A stretch of 62,258 nucleotides of DNA from Ignavibacteriota bacterium (lineage in GTDB: Bacteria; Bacteroidota; Ignavibacteria; UBA10030; UBA6906): NCBI GenBank assembly GCA_003158475.1, contig PMJR01000066.1, forward strand, positions 1 to 62,258, written 5' to 3'. The notes beneath the pieces are model-generated. The model had not been told where the DNA came from and made no database searches. It worked only from the letters and a program-made list of their open reading frames with translations. Shown here piece after piece: positions 58,145 to 62,258 of the stretch (position 1 is the stretch's first letter; each line of letters starts with the position of its first letter). The position numbers and the translations under genes are program-made.

Positions 58145-60343
58145 ATGAGACATGTATTGCTCTGTTCCATAGTGGCATCATTGGCTCTATGTGCGGACTC
58201 CTCGTTCTCACAATCCAGCTGGTTCTGGCAGAATCCATCACCGACCGGTCAAATACTCAACGCGGTTTCTTCTCCTGATACCAATACGGTTGTAGCAGTT
58301 GGCCCTTTTGGAACGCTGCTCCGATCGACAGACGGCGGTTTGACGTGGAAGGAGCCTGTGATCGGAACCCCGCATCATCTCAATGGTGTCTCATTTGGTG
58401 ATGCATATTCAGGTACAGCGGTCGGAAGTTATGGCGTGATTCTGCACACCACGAACGCGGGTGTGACCTGGGTTGCGCAATCGAGCGGGACATCGGAATT
58501 CCTGAATGGAGTATGTTTCACGGACGCCGGGACAGGGACAGTTGTCGGGAGCAATGGCATAATTCTTCGCACGACGAACGGAGGTGCTACCTGGGCAACG
58601 CAATCAAGCAGGACAACAAATTCTCTTTCAAGTGTTGATTTTGTGGATGCCAATACGGGGACTGCTGTGGGGGAGGCCGGCACGGTTCTCCGGACGACGA
58701 ATGGAGGCGCGACATGGACGCCACAATCAGGCGGAACTGTGTGGCCTCTCTATGGAGTCCACCTTACGGATGACAGCACCGGCACGGCAGTGGGGTGGGG
58801 GCCTACGGGATTACGCTCCGCGAACGGTCTGGTCCTTCGCACAACGGATGGAGGCACCACATGGGCCGCGCAGAATATAAAGTCAATCCCGTTATATGCT
58901 GTTCGGTTTAGCGATGCAAGAACCGGCACCGCGGTCGGAGCAAGCGGATTGAACGGCATCAACGGGATTATCCTCCATACGACTGATGGAGGATTAACCT
59001 GGACGCCGATAGACACTGTCTCAAATTACGTTTTCAAGGCGGTACATTTTGCCAACGGCAGAATAGGATGGGCTGTCGGAGTGAAGGGGGCTATTTTCCG
59101 CACGACAGATGGAGGGGTGAAGTGGTCGGCTCAGTCAACGCTGCCGACATCATCGGCACTCTACGGGGGTTGCTTTGTTGACGACAAGACCGCGTTTGCT
59201 GTGGGCAACAACGGCGCTTTGCTTCGCACAACAGATGGAGGCTCCACATGGACCAGGCCGTCAGGTGATTTTGGACCCACCGAGTTCCACGCAATCGCGT
59301 TCGCTGATGCGGATTCAGGAACCGCCGTCGGAAATTTCCATGGATATTTCCGTAGCACTGACGGTGGAGCCAGTTGGGTGTGGGAGTATAACACCATCAT
59401 GTTGTTTGCGAATGCAGTCTGTTTCCCGAGTTCCCGTGTTGGATACATGGTGGGGAATGGCATCGCCAAGACAACTGACGGTGGGGCTTCGTGGATCAAG
59501 CAATCAGCCGGGCCCGACCTGGCTGCAGTCTGTTTCACCGATACCAACACAGGGACCGCCGTTGGATACTTCAATATGCTCCGGACGACAGACGGCGGGG
59601 TGAATTGGACGGAAGTGCCGGGGATGACGAACTACTTCCTTTATGGTGTATCGTTCACGGACGCAAACACGGGGACCGCCGTGGGGTCTGACGGAACCGG
59701 CAGTTGCATTATTCGCACGACGGATGGAGGGGCGACCTGGACAAACCAACCAAGTGGATTGCCTGGTGCGCCTTTCAACTCCATTCTCAATGCGGTCTGC
59801 TTCCTGGATGCAAACACAGGGATTGCAGTCGGACAAAGTAGCGGTATTGGCGAGTTGGATATACCCGCTGGTTATATCATCAGCGTGATTCTCCGTACAA
59901 CCAATGGAGGATCAACGTGGGCACAGGATCCATTCACGAGCTATAACGAGCTGTTGGGAGTATCCTCCCTCAATGCTCATACGTTGATGGCTTTTGGACA
60001 CGGCGGCACGATTCTTCGCACGGACAATGGCGGTCTAACGGGCATCAAAAATTCTCCACCGTTCCGGTCCGCGAGCCCGGCACAGGTGGTTCTGATGCAG
60101 AATTATCCGAACCCGTTCAATCCATCTACCACAATTCGGTACAGCCTGCCACACCGAACCCGGGTGACGCTGGGGGTATTCAACATACTCGGACAACAGG
60201 TCGCACTTCTCCAGAACGGCGATCAGGACGCCGGCTTCCACGAGGTGCGGTTTGACGGCTCAGGACTTGCGTCGGGGGTGTATTTCTACCGAATACAGGC
60301 GGGAGATTTTGTGCAGACGAAGAAACTGGCGCTCGTAAAATAA
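58145..60343 (+). CDS. Secreted YCF48/BNR-repeat beta-propeller protein with C-terminal sorting domain
   Basis: Signal peptide, WFWQNP, 14 [RHK]-[TS]-T-[DN]-GG-x-x-W-like repeats, QNYPNPFNPST...SGVYFYRI. Confidence 0.9.
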   Translation: MRHVLLCSIVASLALCADSSFSQSSWFWQNPSPTGQILNAVSSPDTNTVVAVGPFGTLLRSTDGGLTWKEPVIGTPHHLNGVSFGDAYSGTAVGSYGVILHTTNAGVTWVAQSSGTSEFLNGVCFTDAGTGTVVGSNGIILRTTNGGATWATQSSRTTNSLSSVDFVDANTGTAVGEAGTVLRTTNGGATWTPQSGGTVWPLYGVHLTDDSTGTAVGWGPTGLRSANGLVLRTTDGGTTWAAQNIKSIPLYAVRFSDARTGTAVGASGLNGINGIILHTTDGGLTWTPIDTVSNYVFKAVHFANGRIGWAVGVKGAIFRTTDGGVKWSAQSTLPTSSALYGGCFVDDKTAFAVGNNGALLRTTDGGSTWTRPSGDFGPTEFHAIAFADADSGTAVGNFHGYFRSTDGGASWVWEYNTIMLFANAVCFPSSRVGYMVGNGIAKTTDGGASWIKQSAGPDLAAVCFTDTNTGTAVGYFNMLRTTDGGVNWTEVPGMTNYFLYGVSFTDANTGTAVGSDGTGSCIIRTTDGGATWTNQPSGLPGAPFNSILNAVCFLDANTGIAVGQSSGIGELDIPAGYIISVILRTTNGGSTWAQDPFTSYNELLGVSSLNAHTLMAFGHGGTILRTDNGGLTGIKNSPPFRSASPAQVVLMQNYPNPFNPSTTIRYSLPHRTRVTLGVFNILGQQVALLQNGDQDAGFHEVRFDGSGLASGVYFYRIQAGDFVQTKKLALVK

Positions 60344-61187
60344 GGACAAGCTAACTGATCCTGCTCTTGTCGGGTGCGGAGGCGAGGGCGCTCTGCCTCC
60401 AAGTGGCGCTGAAGCGCCATGGCGACAAAGGCGCTCATCCCGACCGTGGTGAGACTCTGACGCGATATAAAAGCGAAGAATAAAGAGAGCACCGAGAGCC
60501 TGATCCGCGAGGGTTACTTTATTTTATGCCCTCGACGCTCGATCCGGTTGGGCCGGTGGGAGGCGATCAAGCCATTAACGTCCTGAAGGATATGAACGAG
60601 CTCGAAGCGGGGCACGAAGAGTTTGTGAAGAGTCTAGTTCCGAGCGTGGGTACGCTGTGATGAATCGCGCCGCGGGTCGCGGAAAAGATGACATGGACAA
60701 CCATCTTGAAATGAACCCACGAAAAGGCTTTTAACGCATCTGTTATCCGACTGGGAGCGAAAACTCACACGGCTGAATCTCTTTCAGAAATAATAAGTGC
60801 CCAGATCCGAAAATAAGTTCCCGCATAACTTCTTATCTCAATTGATCTATCGAGACTGATCAATTCTGCAACATTGACAATGGCGAGTTGACGCAATACC
60901 TTATTCGCGGAGTCTACACTGTTCTTCGCAATCGCTCCTTGTGTATCCGCAGCGATTCGGAGTGACTGTTCCCCTCGTAACCGTCGCTTGCTCGTCGCTG
61001 AATCCTGGAAGTGATTAGATTTCCCTTGCATCGGCTGACTGGAATAGTCGGTTCTTCTTGAACCCTTTTGGGCCGAGCCGGAAGCCCGCCCACTTTAACC
61101 CCCATGATGATGAGAACGAATGGAACGTGATTCATCAGAAAGTCCAACGCGCGAAGCCATGGCGATCGCAATAGTTGAGGATTCTGT

Positions 61188-62258
61188 ATGCCGATGAAGA
61201 AGCTCGCTCACGATCGATTTATCGTCTTGCTCACATTTGTGCTATGTCTCAATCTACAATGCAGTAAGAACAATCCCGTCACGACCCCTGACAACACGTT
61301 TAGTTTAATGATAGACGACGCGAGCTGCACAGAAGTATTTCTGCGTCTGGAAATTGGCGCTGCCAATTCTTCCCGCACTGTAACACTCAAACGGGACACG
61401 ACAACACTATTCACAAAAACACTTGCAGCGACTGAGACGGCTATCACAGACACAAATCTCCTGCCTGCACATTCGTACACCTATCATGCTCAACTCAGTA
61501 GTGGTTCGACTGCTCAGGTAGACGCTCGAACGATGGACACAACGAGCCACAATTGGAGCTTCCAGCAGTTTGAATTAGGCGATGGCAGCGGGAGCAGCGC
61601 GCTCTATGATGTGGCGATAGTTAATGACACGCTAGTGTATGCTGTTGGCGAGATCTACCAAGGTGGCACCGTCTATGATGTTGCAAAGTGGAATGGACGG
61701 GCATGGCGATTGGATCAATTGTACTACAGCGGGAACAATCCTATCGTACCAATACGCGGAATTCTTGTTTTGAAGACCGACAATATTTGGTTAGCAGCCG
61801 GAGGCGTGTTCCACTGGGATGGCGTTGTGCCAGAAGCTCAACTTAGTTTGTCTCGTCTTACTCTGTCTGATCCGAATGCGACCATTGAAAAGCTATGGGG
61901 GATTTCAGATTCATTCCTATATGGCGTAGGCAATTCCGGGACTATTGTTCACTTCAACGGAACAAGTTGGACGAAGATCGAGAGTGGAACGGCACTTGAT
62001 GTGCGAGACATCGTTGGGTCGCCGGATGGGAGTGAAGTACTGGCAATTGCATCAAATGATACAGACAAGAGACTTCTGAAGATTCAGGGAAATACGGCAT
62101 CTTCGTTGCCCACCGACGGTCTCGCAAGCATGGTGTATGGCAATTGGTTCGTACAGAAAAGACACTATTATGTAGTCGGGGCGGGGATTCATTTCAAACA
62201 CGCACTCAACGATTCTTTGTGGACTCGATATCCCCCGGGTGTTGTAACCAGCAACTTG
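61188..62258 (+). CDS. Lipoprotein with Fn3-like and propeller-like regions (3'-truncated; missing from the ORF track)
   Basis: GAGGA RBS; MPMKKL...LNLQCSKNNPV lipobox-like; TMDTTSHNW...LYDVAIVNDTLVYAVGEIY; frame stays open to the window end. Confidence 0.8.
   Translation, partial: MPMKKLAHDRFIVLLTFVLCLNLQCSKNNPVTTPDNTFSLMIDDASCTEVFLRLEIGAANSSRTVTLKRDTTTLFTKTLAATETAITDTNLLPAHSYTYHAQLSSGSTAQVDARTMDTTSHNWSFQQFELGDGSGSSALYDVAIVNDTLVYAVGEIYQGGTVYDVAKWNGRAWRLDQLYYSGNNPIVPIRGILVLKTDNIWLAAGGVFHWDGVVPEAQLSLSRLTLSDPNATIEKLWGISDSFLYGVGNSGTIVHFNGTSWTKIESGTALDVRDIVGSPDGSEVLAIASNDTDKRLLKIQGNTASSLPTDGLASMVYGNWFVQKRHYYVVGAGIHFKHALNDSLWTRYPPGVVTSNL

Noticed and set aside
58145-60343. Nucleotide repeats as a DGR or other DNA repeat system
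   Set aside because: Explained by protein blade repeats; no reverse transcriptase or adenine-specific TR/VR pair seen

Overview
Bacterial chromosomal window, most likely from an Ignavibacteria-like member of the Bacteroidota/Chlorobi group. The evidence is two 'QNYPNPFNPST...SGVYFYR' secretion C-terminal domains, the ccsA-hemA-hemC order and the lepA-lepB-lepB-hemW order. A GC-rich core (~8.7-58 kb) carries a czcCBA-type RND efflux operon with DUF190, a hexuronate operon (uxaE-uxaC-exuT-SDR-LarA homolog-kdgK), outer-membrane proteins, an ECF sigma/anti-sigma pair, a heme operon interrupted by a multi-PAS hybrid kinase, lepA/lepB/hemW, sugar-nucleotide genes, a TonB-type barrel and ispE. Both flanks (1-8.7 kb and 58 kb-end) are visibly AT-richer accessory DNA with secreted proteins (DUF3494 ice-binding protein, 14-repeat YCF48-like protein) and decaying pseudogenes. 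Best leads: (1) the efflux locus, which combines a possible leader/arrest ORF, a long hairpin, an adaptor apparently lacking its lipoyl domain, 28-bp palindromic tandem repeats and a His-rich PII-like protein; (2) a kinase inside the hem operon with a His at the FixL heme-ligand position; (3) a LarA-family epimerase where uxuA would be expected; (4) a promoter followed closely by a terminator upstream of the YCF48-like gene. No tRNA, rRNA, CRISPR array or transposase was recognised. All family calls come from motif recognition by eye, not database searches.
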